Part shown: positions 1-11,749 of the stretch, in pieces
Layout of the letters: each line of letters starts with the position of its first letter
How positions within the stretch are numbered: the stretch's first letter is position 1
Origin: Camelus ferus
Lineage: Eukaryota
DNA length: 64,000 nt
Reading direction: 5' to 3'
Assembly: GCF_009834535.1 (NCBI RefSeq)
Contig: NC_045696.1
Location: 47,556,001 to 47,620,000, forward strand
Program-made: the position numbers and the translations under genes
The notes under the pieces: generated by a model
Seen by the model: the letters and a program-made list of their open reading frames with translations, nothing else
Told to the model about the DNA's origin: nothing
Database searches by the model: none

Positions 1-380
1 GAATCCCAGGGAAAAGGCAACCATGGAATAAACCAAAGTGAGGTAGGAAAATCTGAAAATACAAAGGAGGGTTGCGTGTGTGGGCGGGGAGGGTCGCATG
101 GAGGCAATGGTGGTAGGGCGGCAGCGGGGGGAGGGTGTCATAAATAACAAAAGAATAACCATCCTTTACAAAGGGAAAACACAGCTGCTAAATTCCCAAA
201 AGATTTTTCAAATTTCTAGTGGCTCAGCACGACCAAAAAGAGAAGAGTGGAGACAGGGGAGCTGAAGTCGGTTTTGACCAGTTACGACAACACTTCCTCA
301 TTACCGCTCCTGGCGAGGAGAGAAGCTGCATCCGAAGGGGCTGGAGTGCCGTTGCTGAGGTGGAAAAGAGAAAATAAAAC

Positions 381-545
381 ATTTTCTAAATTGAGATATA
401 ATTGACATACTGTATTAATTTAAGATGTACAACATGATCATTTGATACATAGACATTGTAAGATAATTAGTATGTAAGTTAACACCCATTCCCTCACATA
501 GTTATAAATTTTTCCTCTTGTGATAGGAACTTCAGAGTTACTCTT
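381..545 (-). mobile_element. L1 3' end fragment (L1MA-like)
   Basis: aattgagatataattgacatac...gtacaacatgat is typical of an antisense L1 3' terminus. Confidence 0.7.
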
Positions 546-639
546 ACCAACTTAAAGATGGAATTCGCTGCTGTTTTACCACATTTTTCAAAATGTCTGT
601 GAATTCTGCATATTCATTTTTTCCCATTAAATAACTATT

Positions 640-668
640 CACATACACACACACACACACACACACAC
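640..668. repeat. (CA)n microsatellite
   Basis: Directly visible. Confidence 0.95.
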
Positions 669-2634
669 CTCTTTTCCAAAGTAAGCCAACCTCTACCTGT
701 AGCAACTTGTCATGCTTACTATTTCTGTCTGACATACTTATTTGGAAGTTTTCCTCACTCCATTTGTTCATTTATTCATCAAACATTTATTAAGCCGTCA
801 TTACAAGTGCCACATCCTGCACGGCACGGCTGCCACCAGTCCAGCCAGCTACAGAGCAGTGAAGGTGGGAGGGGCTCAGAAAACCCATGCTGATGAATTG
901 CTTTCCTGTATCCATTGTTTTTAAATGCTGCTTCCTAATTCTCTTTAAGTTGTCTATCGAGTTATGTCCCAACAAATTAAAAGGGTGGTTTCTGGGTCTC
1001 CCTAGAAAAGATGGCCTGTGCAAGTCCAGAAATTTCCCATCAAAAGATCTACTAGCAGAGAGCCAAAGACAAGAGGTGGTTGGGCTGGAGATCGTGGGAC
1101 TCAAAGACCAAAAATGATTTGTTTGTTTTGTTTTATCCTTAAAAACATTTCAATCTTTTTGGGGTATCATTCAGAAATTTAAGAATTTTTATACATTATA
1201 TGAAATATGCACACAACTTGTATCTGCATTATTTAGGGCTGCTTGTTCTGTTGGTGAATATTCTCGCCTCCTGGGGACTCTGAAGTTCGGTGTCATGGGT
1301 GCTTTTCCATTGATCACCACCAGGTTCAGTTTTACTGGTGATAGAACCACTACCCACGAATATTAGCTTTCATCTTGTTTTTGTGATCTGGTTCTTTTGT
1401 TGAATATCTCTCAATCGTGGATTCCTTCTCATTAACATCTTAAATGTCTTTATAACGTCACCAAAAAATTACTCCCTCCTTTCAAAAAGCCAGAATTTAC
1501 TGTGCATGCCCACATGAGCATTTTTTGCTCCAAAGAAGTCAGCCTGGTTAGCAAAGAGCCTGTCTAAAAGGAATTGTTTGTCAATTCTTTGTAAGTCTTT
1601 TAAATTAAAACTTTATGAAAATTTATGCTGGGGCTAGGAAGTGACGAAAGATGAAAATGGGGAGTCCTGGGAAATGAGAACGACCAGATTTTCAAGGGAG
1701 GGTGCAGGATTTTAAACAACAAGCTTTGTATTCAAGGGCAAGGTAGCGCTAGCCGCATTTAGCAGCATTGTGTGGCGGAGCGTGGGCAGCCGCAGTCCCC
1801 TCCCTTCTGTAAGGAAACTGGATTCCCTCAGATCTCCTGGTCGTTCCCAGGTCCCCAGTTTGATCCACAGTGTTGCAGTCTTTCTGGTTAGGTGCTCCAT
1901 AAAATACCTTTATGTTCTGGCCCTGTTTTCTTTTACCCCGAATATCTGCTCAATAACCACCCTCTGTCCTTTCCTCTCTGGCCTTGTTCTGTCTCTTTTC
2001 ACTTTCACGTTTTATTATTATGAGCCATTTAGCTTGCCTTTGTCCCTGGGCTACTTGGCACTTTGTTAAACCTGCCTGGACACTTTCTGCACTTGAGGTG
2101 GTGAAGAGCACCTATAAATCTTCCGAAATCATGCCAAGAACAACCCCAAAGCGGTGCAGGGGAGCAGGCCGAGCGCTTCCCGGAGAAAAGGCTGCAGAAT
2201 TCTGTGCTTAGTCATTTACCTGGACTTGTCTTGTGGTCTTCTGTTGTCACTCTTCAATAATATTGAACATTGCGCTTTAATTTTCTGTCCTTGTGATTCT
2301 CTTCAAGATCTCCTTCCTGGATGCTTTTGTTCGTAATGTGAAAATAAAACTAACTTGCTAAATTATAACAGTGATTAAAAAAAAAATCAAACACTACACA
2401 AAAGATGTAATGAAAAGAAAGAATCCCCTATTACCTCTCCGGGCCCCCAGATCTACTTTCCACTGGTAATTAACTTGTGCTAATCGATCCGTGTTCCTAT
2501 TTTATGAAGTCTGCGATGCACGTGCGAGCCTATGTGAACCTCCTAGCTGCCTTTCTTCCTGCATACGGCATTGCACACTTTGCTTGTTTCTTCTTTACTT
2601 CTTCCTTTGCTTTTCATACGACATCTTCTTGTCA

Positions 2635-2760
2635 GACACTCATTCACTTTACAACTATTTACAGAGCACCTACTATGTGCCAGGAAGTGTGAGAGCACAG
2701 GAAATACCAAAGTACAGAGCACAGAAGTAGTACTTCCTTCGTGAAGCTTATAGCTCTTGA
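2635..2760 (+). mobile_element. L2 fragment
   Basis: cattcac...tatttacagagcacctactatgtgccagg, the L2 terminal signature. Confidence 0.6.
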
Positions 2761-5559
2761 TATTTTTTTTAACTTTCCTAGCTTTTATCCTACACCCCTC
2801 TTTCGATTAATCTTCTTTGATTTGCTAACTACCACGATGATTACATATAGAAGAATTCATAGCTGTTGTGCATTTTTCTGTTTCAGCAGATCTGATGTTG
2901 GTCATTCTTACACAAATTATTTGCAGCCCATTTGGGATTTTCATGTATGTTCCTGAAGTGTTTCTGGTTGCATCTTGGTGTGCTGGGGTCTTCTTTATCT
3001 TTGGTCTCAGTATTCATTTGGATCATTGGATACCAACGGTATGCTTGCTTTTTATTTTGAGAGATGGAAAAAAATGTTGGCACATAGCAACACTATTCTG
3101 ATGCACCTACTTGAACATCTCTATTTCTACCAACACTGATTTTTTTATAACAATGATAATAAAAGAATTATTTGAGGTCTGTATACTTAGGCTTGTACAA
3201 ATGTGAATAGACAGCCTCCTCTGTGATGCGAACTTCCCCTTTATGTGTGAGTGAAGCACCTCATTCTCTGTCAAATACAGGCAGAAATCCTTTTACCCTT
3301 CTGCAAATATCAACCCTCTACGTCTTCATTTCTTTCCCTTCCTTGGCCTCTGGGGCACTGGGCTGTCTTTGTCCAATAGTACAATTTTAGCATCTTTTTC
3401 TTGATACATGGAATGACTCTGAAGTCCCTTGATAAGATAATAGCTTCCAGTGGTTTCCATATAAAAACAAATTTTATTAGTTTTAATTCTGTATCTGCAC
3501 TTGCCAAGAAACAGTGGTTCATTGTTATGTCAAAATGCAACTAGTTTATTTGATGTCTACTTGTTAAAAGCCAGTGATACATATTTTCTTAAATTACAAG
3601 TTTTTGTATCAGGGAAGCGATTTGTGTGATTAGTTCTGTAAGCTATTCCAGAAACCACCAGGCATGCCTTCTCTCCTGACATATTCCTGCAGGTCGAAGA
3701 GCTCATCTCCCTAGTGTAGGTAACCTCAGTCACTGCCTCAGCCCAACACCGTCTCTCTTGCAGATTCGCATCCTTTTTCAACCAGGCTCTATTTTCTGGC
3801 TCCTTCCAACCACATTCCCCATTTTATTGGTCTCTTACACTTTGTTCTTGGGGAAACTGCATAGACAGGAAAAGTCTTGCACCATTTTCTTGTTTTCTGG
3901 AACATGTCATCTGTCTCCTCAAACTGAGCCTCTTAAGGAAACTGCCATCTCACCCTTCTCTACAAGAAGTCACTTTTCCTCTTCCCCCACCACCAGCACT
4001 AGAAGCAGGATCCAGAGAGACTTTTCAAACAGTCTTGACCCTTCCTTTTGGAATTCACTTATGATGCTACGTCTTAAACATCCCTGGTGTTCTGTCTACT
4101 TCCAGAATTCTCACCCTTTGATCAATGGTTCGCGCCTGGGTTGAGTGGGTTTATCCTCTCTACTCCAATTCCTGCCACCCGCAGCAACGCTAAGATTAAA
4201 AATGAAAACAAAACCGAGTAAAACCTCCAGCATTTCTCCTGTTTGATGATCACTATTTTCAGGTGCATATTCCAAATGAGGTTTCTACTGCCTTCAACAG
4301 GCCCTACTCTCTCTGTTTTTCTGGTTCTTTTCTAGTTTCGCTTAGCTTCCTGACCAACTGTGGGTAGTCTGAATCCGTTCCTTGCAAGCTTTCACCTGAA
4401 CAGACTTACTTTATTCTCTATCCATGTAGACCTAAACATGGATGATAACACACCAAATGGCTTTGGTCTTGGTAAACAAGTAAGTGAACATACTGACTTG
4501 AGACTGAAATGAGGCAGATCTTCCTTAAGAAGAAGATCGATGCTCTTGATACATTTCCAAATTGTTTTTCAGAGAATTATACTCTTGTCCAAGGTTTGGT
4601 TCATTCATAGTGATGATTTTATTTGAACTTCCCGGCCTCCTCATCACATCCTGCCAGGCCAAGCGGCCACATTAGACTAATGCAGGCTGCCACACTCAGC
4701 ATGGGTCTCTACTGCCTTCTAGTGTCCACGACAAGAAGTGACCCATGACATGCAGATTCATTCTGCAGATTGGTGACAACCATGGCTCCCATCCCCTCCC
4801 CTCCCCTACTCCCTTTTTAATCTCTTACTAACAGCATGTATTCCACAATTCCAAACTTTTTGTTTTTCAAGGACCATTCCTGCATATGCTCCCTCAATCT
4901 CAAATCAATACGCCCACCTGCCAGTTTACAGATTACAACCGCTTGGTGTAAGCACTCTCCCTCCTCTTGGAATGTCTGTCTTCCCTCCTCACTGCTGCCT
5001 CTGAAGAAGTGTAGCTTCTGAGATAAACAGGAACCCAGGTTTTAGGGCAGAAGATGGAGAAATGAGCAGAAATGTAGAAAAGGAGAGAAAGCAGAAATGG
5101 AAGCGAGTATGGACAACACTTCCCAGAAATGTATAGTCAAAGGGAAGGAAAAATCTGATAGAAGATGGCATATTTGAAGGAAGGATTTTTCTATCGTAGG
5201 GAAAACTTAAGTTTATTCGTAGGCTGATGAGAAAGATCCAGTAGAAAGGAATTCATTACTAGGACATATCCCAGAGCGAACAGAAGATCCCTCTTCTCAT
5301 ATTTGCCCATTTTTTCCTTTTATCTCCCTTTACTCTTCTTTATATATCCCAAGGTGTCAACCACTGTGCATTAAATATAAATATGATCAATAAATATTTA
5401 CTCAATTGAATTGTATGCACGGATCAAATTACAAAGTTGCAATAAGATCACAAGCAAGGTTTGCTTGAAGTGTTCATGCTTTTGTCTGAATGGCAACCCC
5501 CCCTCCCCACTACTCCTGCTCTGTAAGAAAAGCGAGTGCAGGGTAAGTAGCTAATTCAC

Positions 5560-5646
5560 TGTTCTCATTTACGTGGATCTAATGAAACACCAATTTGGTA
5601 AATTCTTCAGGACTCAGGTTTGCTGGCCATTGAGGGCTTATATAAC
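5560..5646 (-). pseudogene. GUCA1C: GUCA1C exon 3 remnant
   Basis: Reads VI*ALNGQQ(-1 nt)LSPEEFTKLVFH*IHVNEN. The acceptor reads ttctttgcGG instead of AG. TAA at 5640-5638, TAG at 5581-5579, GT donor at 5559-5558. Confidence 0.9.
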
Positions 5647-6469
5647 CCGCAAAGAAAAATTAAATCAGAGTTCAACTTTTCCAGAAGCAAATTCATTTTG
5701 TGACATTTCTACCCCAGTGTGACAGAGTTGGGGGAAATGTTTAGCAAAACTGACATATGAAACCTGTTCCAGTTGTTAAAAACAAGATTCTATGTCATTT
5801 CTGGGTAATGAGGCTTGGAAGTTAAGTGAACTGAATACAGTCTGAAGTTTTATTTTGTACAGCACTAAGGGATCTAGTCTACATTCTAAGTAACAAAAGA
5901 TCCTAAGAGCCCACTGAAGAAAAAAAAAATCATAGCGGTCACTGTCATAAGAATTCTGGACCCAGGCAATGGACAGTGTCCTCAACTTTAGAGTGACTGT
6001 CTCTGATCTTATGATGAACATGAAAGGATGTTCTGTAAGCACCTAATGCTTTCTCTCTGGCTTCTGCTGCTGTCACCTTTGATTTTTTGTACCCTCTTGC
6101 AGAGTGATCAACTGGGAAGACAGACACGCATGCCTTGGAAGGACACTGAATTTCTCACACTCTGCCCACATCTTTTCATCATAAAAGCCGTCGGGGGATG
6201 CAGGGAAAATGACATTCCCAGCATTCCTAGAGGGAAGATTTAACCATCCTTCCACCTCACCTACCCCTGCCCCAGGTGATCCAATTAAATAACCCAAATC
6301 TGATGTAGAAATTCATAATAAAAGAGAGGGAGAGAGAATGGACTAGTCATCTGAGAATTTGAACATAACTTTCTTGATTGAATGTGAATGAATCATTAGG
6401 AGAACGGTTGACAAATTATTTCCATTAGAGGCACAGTCAAATACAACTCTCTCTCACTGCTTCCCAAGC

Positions 6470-6506
6470 ATTACTAATCCTGAATCCAGGGATTAATCAT
6501 AATTAA
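6470..6506. promoter_or_regulatory. Homeodomain (CRX-like) motif cluster in GUCA1C intron 2
   Basis: TAATCC 6475-6480, GGATTA 6490-6495 overlapping TAATCA 6494-6499, and TAATTA 6500-6505. Confidence 0.35.
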
Positions 6507-7080
6507 CAGCAACAAAGCACCACTCTTGGCCTTAGAAAGCTGAGATCTCGCACTTAATACTCAGTAACAGTTACAGACATGTAAGCATCCTATTAGATGG
6601 AAATTTTTAAGGTTTCTCAATGTCTTGGCAGAGGCCCCCAAAGCCTAGGAAATTCAGCTGGACATCCAGTGTTCCCACATCCTGAAGAGATACTAGACTA
6701 CATGCATATGTCATAAGAGATTATGAAATTTCTAGAATTTGTCCATCACCCAACTCCAGGCAGTAAGTGAGAGTGAAAGACTGAGTGGAAAGGAGGGAGG
6801 GAGTTGTCAGTGTGCCCTGTATTTTCCCTCTTCTTGTATAAGCAGCATGTGGAGGGATGGGCAAGGGGCTGTGGCTTGTTTCCTTCCTTCCTTCCTCCCT
6901 CCCTCACTGAGTACATCTACTCTTTTCCCTCATTTTGCTGAGCCCTTCTCTGACCCCTGAATGTGAGCAGGAGCAGGTAGGAGAGAAAAGGGGAGGAGGA
7001 GAGCCCTGACTTGGCAGGTGTGGTCATGATTACCTAGTTTCAGAGCTCTGTGGATGGCTGATGTTTAAAGACCACTCTTT

Positions 7081-9605
7081 GATGAACATAGACGCCAAAA
7101 TCCTCACCAATATTTTAGCAAATAGAATCCAACAACACATAAAAACGATTATACATCATGACCAAGTGGGGTTCATCCCAGGGACACAAGGCTGGTTCAA
7201 CATACGCAAATCAATCAGTGTAATACATCACATCAACAAGAGAAAGGACAAAAACCACATGATCATCTCAATCGATGCAGAAAAAGCATTTGATAAAATT
7301 CAACACCCATTTATGGTAAAAACTCTCGCCAAAGTGGGTATAGAGGGAACATATCTCAACATAATAAAAGCTATATATGACAAACCTACAGCCAGCATAG
7401 TACTCAATGGTGAAAAACTCAAAAGCTTCCCACTAAAATCTGGGACAAGACAAGGATGCCCACTATCACCACTCCTATTCAACATAGTCCTGGAAGTCCT
7501 AGCCACAAGAGTCAGGCAAGAGAAAGAAATAAAAGGGATCCAAATTGGAAAAGAAGAGGTAAAAGTGTCATTATATGCTGATGACATGTTACTATATATA
7601 GAAAACCCTAAAAGGTCCACACAAAAGCTACTAGAGCTGATTGAAGAATTCAGCAAGGTAGCAGGTTACAAAATTAACGTTCAAAAATCAGTTGCATTTC
7701 TTTACACTAACGATAAATCAACAGAAGAAGAAAGTAAAGAAACAATCCCCTTTAAAATAGCACCCAAAGTAATAAAATACCTTGGTTAGAATAAATCTAA
7801 CCAAGGAGGTGAAAGAATTATACACAGAAAACTATAAACCATTGATGAAGGAAATTAAAGAAGACTTTAAAAAATGGAAAGATATTCCATGCTCTTGGAT
7901 TGGAAGAATCAATATTGTTAAAATGGTCACACTGCCCAAGGCAATCTACAGATTTAATGCAATCCCTATCCAATTACCCAGGACATATTTCACAGAACTA
8001 GAACAAATCATAATAAAATTCATATGGAACCATCAAAGACCTAGAATTGCCAAAGCATTACTGAAGAGAAAGAAAGAGGCTGGAGGAATAACTCTCCCAG
8101 ACTTCAGACAATACTATAGAGCTACAGTCATCAAGACAGCATGGTATTGGTACCAAAACAGACATATAGACCAATGGAACAGAATAGAGAGCCCAGAAAT
8201 GAACCCACAAACTTTTGGTCAACTCATCTTTGACAAAGGAGGCAAGAATATACATTGGAATAAAGACAGTCTCTTCAGCAAATGGTGTTGGGAAAACTGG
8301 ACAGCAGCATGTAAAACAATGAAGCTAGAACACTCCCTTACACCATATACAAAAATCAACTCAAAATGGGTTAAAGACTTAAACATAAGACAAGATACAA
8401 TAACCTCCTAGAGGAAAACATAGGCAAAACATTATCTGACATACATTTCAAAAATTTTCTCCTAGAAGAAATAAAAGCAAGAATAAACAAATGGGACCTA
8501 ATGAAACTTACAAGCTTCTGCACAGCAAAGGAAACCAGAAATAAAACAAGAAGAAAACCTACGGAATGGGAGAAAATTTTTGCAAGTGAAACTGACAAAG
8601 GCTTGATCTCCAGAATATATAAGCAGCTCATACGACTCAATAAGAAAAAAATAAACAACCCAATCCAAAAATGGGCAGAAGACCTAAACAAGCAATTCTC
8701 CAAGGAAGACATACAAATGATCAAAAAGCACATGAAAAAATGCTCAATATCACTAATTATCAGAGAAATGCAAATCAAAACTACAATGAGGTATCACCTC
8801 ACACCAGTCAGAATGGCCGTCATTCAAAAATCCACAAATGACAAATGCTGGAGAGGCTGTGGAGAAAGGGGAACCCTCCTACACTGCTGGTGAGAATGCA
8901 GTTTGGTGCAGCCACTATGGAAAACAGTGTGGAGATTCCTCAAAAGACTAGGAATAGACTTACCATATGACCCAGGAATCCCACTCCTGGGCTTATATCC
9001 AGAAGGAAATCTACTTCAGGATGACACCTGCACCCCAATGTTCATAGCAGCACTATTTACAATAGCCAAAACATGGAAACAGCCTAAATGTCCATCAACA
9101 GGTGACTGGATAAAGAAGAGGTGGTATATTTATACAATGGAATACTACTCAGCCATAAAAACCGACAACATAATGCCATTTGCAGCAACATGGATGCTCC
9201 TGGAGAATGTCATTCTAAGTGAAGTAAGCCAGAAAGAGAAAGAAAAATACCATATGAGATCGCTCATATGTGGAATCTAAAAAACAAAAACAAAAACAAA
9301 AACAAACAAAAACAAAGTGTTAATAAAGGACAGAAATAGACTCACAGACAGAGAATACAGACTTGTGGTTACCAGGGGGGTGGAGGGTGGGAAGGGATAG
9401 ACTGGGATTTCAAAATTGTAGAATAGACTACACTGTATAGCACAGGGAAATATACACAAAATGTTATGATAACTCACAGAGAAAAAAATGTGACAATAAG
9501 TGTGTATATGTCCATGAATAACTGAAAAATTGTGCTGAACACTGGAATTTGACACAACATTGTAAAATGATTATAAATCAATAAAAAATGTTAAAAAAAA
9601 TAAAT
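7081..9605 (+). mobile_element. Young 5'-truncated LINE-1 (RT and C-terminal part of ORF2, 3'UTR, A-tail)
   Basis: ORFs 7061-9280 encode L1 ORF2 ([14 protein letters not shown], cysteine-rich tail). They are broken by frameshifts near 7785 and 8403 and by TGA at 8891-8893. AATAAA at 9580-9585; perfect TSD AAAGACCACTCTTT at 7067-7080 and 9606-9619. Confidence 0.97.
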
Positions 9606-9734
9606 AAAGACCACTCTTTCTCTGAGCCTCCTACCCACCCACTTTTTTTTTTTTTAATGACTGAGATGCTCCTGAACTCCCTAGTCATGAATCATGACTT
9701 TTGATTCCAGCTGAGCCCTTGAGGCTCCAAGTCT

Positions 9735-9958
9735 GGTTTTGAAACACTTGCACAACTGATATTTTGGGCCAGGCAATTCTTTCTTGTTCTCCAATGTTCT
9801 GTACATTGTAGAATGTTTAGTAACACCCCTGGTCTCCAAACAATAGATAGTGGTAGCTCCACACCCTCCTCCCTCTCCGCTTGCACAACCAAATGTCTCA
9901 GGAATTGGCCAAATGTCCCCTGGGAGAGATCGAGTGCAAAATAGGTGAGAACCTCTCC
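9735..9958. mobile_element. MER20 (hAT-Charlie) DNA transposon
   Basis: attttgggccaggcaattct...cattgtagaatgtttagtaacacccctgg...ggccaaatgtcccctggg...tgagaacc resembles MER20. Confidence 0.75.
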
Positions 9959-11324
9959 AGGTCTGCCTTCATCTTTCTTCTGAGGTCTCCTTCCTTCACC
10001 AAACATGATCCAAGACAACTCTATGCCAGCTGCCTCAACCATGGCCCATAGCTGATTCGTGGAAAAACCCAAGCTTCCCAACAGACGCCAGGAATGCAGA
10101 TACATCCTAAACTTCATCCCTCTGCTCCACTGCATGGTCTGCTTTAGATTTCTCAGGTGGGATTCAAACACTGGAACACGGTACAGTGTTCCCTAAACTG
10201 CACTGTACACCCACATCTCAGTGGTCTCCTTAAAGCCCCATGCTATTGACATGAGGGCTCTCACAAGAAATTATCTCCAATAATCCTTCTCCAAAACCTT
10301 CATCTTGACCATTTCATGCCCTTCAAGTACAATTAAAATGTAACTACTTCCTTTGTAAAACCTGCCTACAATTCAGTCCTTCCTTCAGATCTCTTAATAC
10401 CTGGGCTGAATTCCATTTTAATGCAGCGTTATCAAGTGTTAAGAGAACTTATAAAGTCTGTATTATTCCTTACCCTGCTGGGGTTTTGTTTTGGTTTTCT
10501 TACTTGCCATTACATAGAAAGTATATTTGTAGATCACAGCTTTGTCCATTTGTTACAATATTTCATTCTAATTGTAGTTCTACCCATTGATCTTCCCTTG
10601 CAGTTTTGCTAACATTTATTCCAGGCATTATGTTTGTGACTCAGCTCCTTTCATCTATAAATGAGAATTTGGATCAGATCATTTCTAAGGACATCTGATT
10701 CTGAGTTGCAAATTCAGTGTACTGCACTCATAATGTTAATCTTACTTCATTATTTAGGTACAGTGTCCCACTTAACTTCTTGTGCTCTGGGATCCATTTT
10801 ATCTCATACCATGGTTAAAACTATCCTCACTCCATTGGTAGATGGGTAGAGGGTAATATTTATAAAGGAACTCCTTGAACTTTAGAGATGAAAAGGATCT
10901 GATATCCCTGAGCAATTTATGAGAAATACTTCAGTCAAGCTCCCAGAAAGATTAGCTCCTCAGGTACCTTTATTCTGAGTCCATGTCTCTTGCTATATAA
11001 ACAACCTTGTATTTTAGCTGCTCCCCACAAGACTTTCTGCACCAAGGCAGAGGAAAAAGATAAGTTGTTTTAGAACATCACATTTATTTCATTTTTCATC
11101 TAAATACTGTTAAATTTGTACACCTGAGAGTGGATGGCACATGGAAGCTATGCAGCCATACGCTCAGTAACCAACAGGATAGTGAACCATACATTTCCTC
11201 AGCCATTCCAGACGTGCATCCCGAGAACAGCCGGCCACGTGGAGGACCGTCACAAGCTCCACAGGGAGGAAGACTGAATTAACTACATGATGTCCTGCAA
11301 AGGGTATTTTACTACTTCACTGAC

Positions 11325-11478
11325 CATGAGGATTGTTCAGTAGTTCTCTTTTGTCAGTAGAACCATTTCCATCAACAACATACAGCTTAAAATAACATTT
11401 TAATTTTTACTTCATTTTTTTCCCTTGTGCTACTAGATTTACAGCAGCAATAAACTCTGAAAAGTCAGCAAATCCATT
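11325..11478 (-). pseudogene. GUCA1C: GUCA1C exon 2 remnant (EF2 end to EF3)
   Basis: Reads NGFADFSEFIAAVNLVAQGKKMK*KLKCYFKLYVVDGNGSTDKRELLN. TAA at 11409-11407, no AG at the acceptor (ttccatca|AAT), +1 nt near the 3' end, GTCAGT donor at 11324-11319. Confidence 0.92.
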
Positions 11479-11723
11479 TGATGGAAAGCAAGGTGGAAAG
11501 GGAAATAAATATTTAAGAAGACCAATTATTTTTTATTTGAGAAGTCATCATTCATAAGCAGGACCTTGAGTACAATTTAAACACAACCCACAGTATTTTG
11601 GCATAAAACTTTGCCCTGGCACTTTATTTTAAAAAAAAATACATGGGTAAAGTGTATAGATACAAGTAATTTTAAACAAATATGTGAGTACCTTTTTAGA
11701 GAAAATATCTACTTCTTACGACC

Positions 11724-11749
11724 AAAAAAAAAAAAAAAAAAAAAAAAAA
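11724..11749. repeat. Poly(A) run
   Basis: Directly visible. Confidence 0.9.

Noticed and set aside
1..5550. GUCA1C exon 4
   Set aside because: No match to the expected ELTLEEF-type sequence found by eye; it is likely outside the window or deleted.
7061..9280. Long reverse-transcriptase ORFs as a host gene or novel RT system
   Set aside because: They are ordinary L1 ORF2 fragments with a TSD and A-tail. The ATG at 7061 comes from flanking DNA and the frame is broken.
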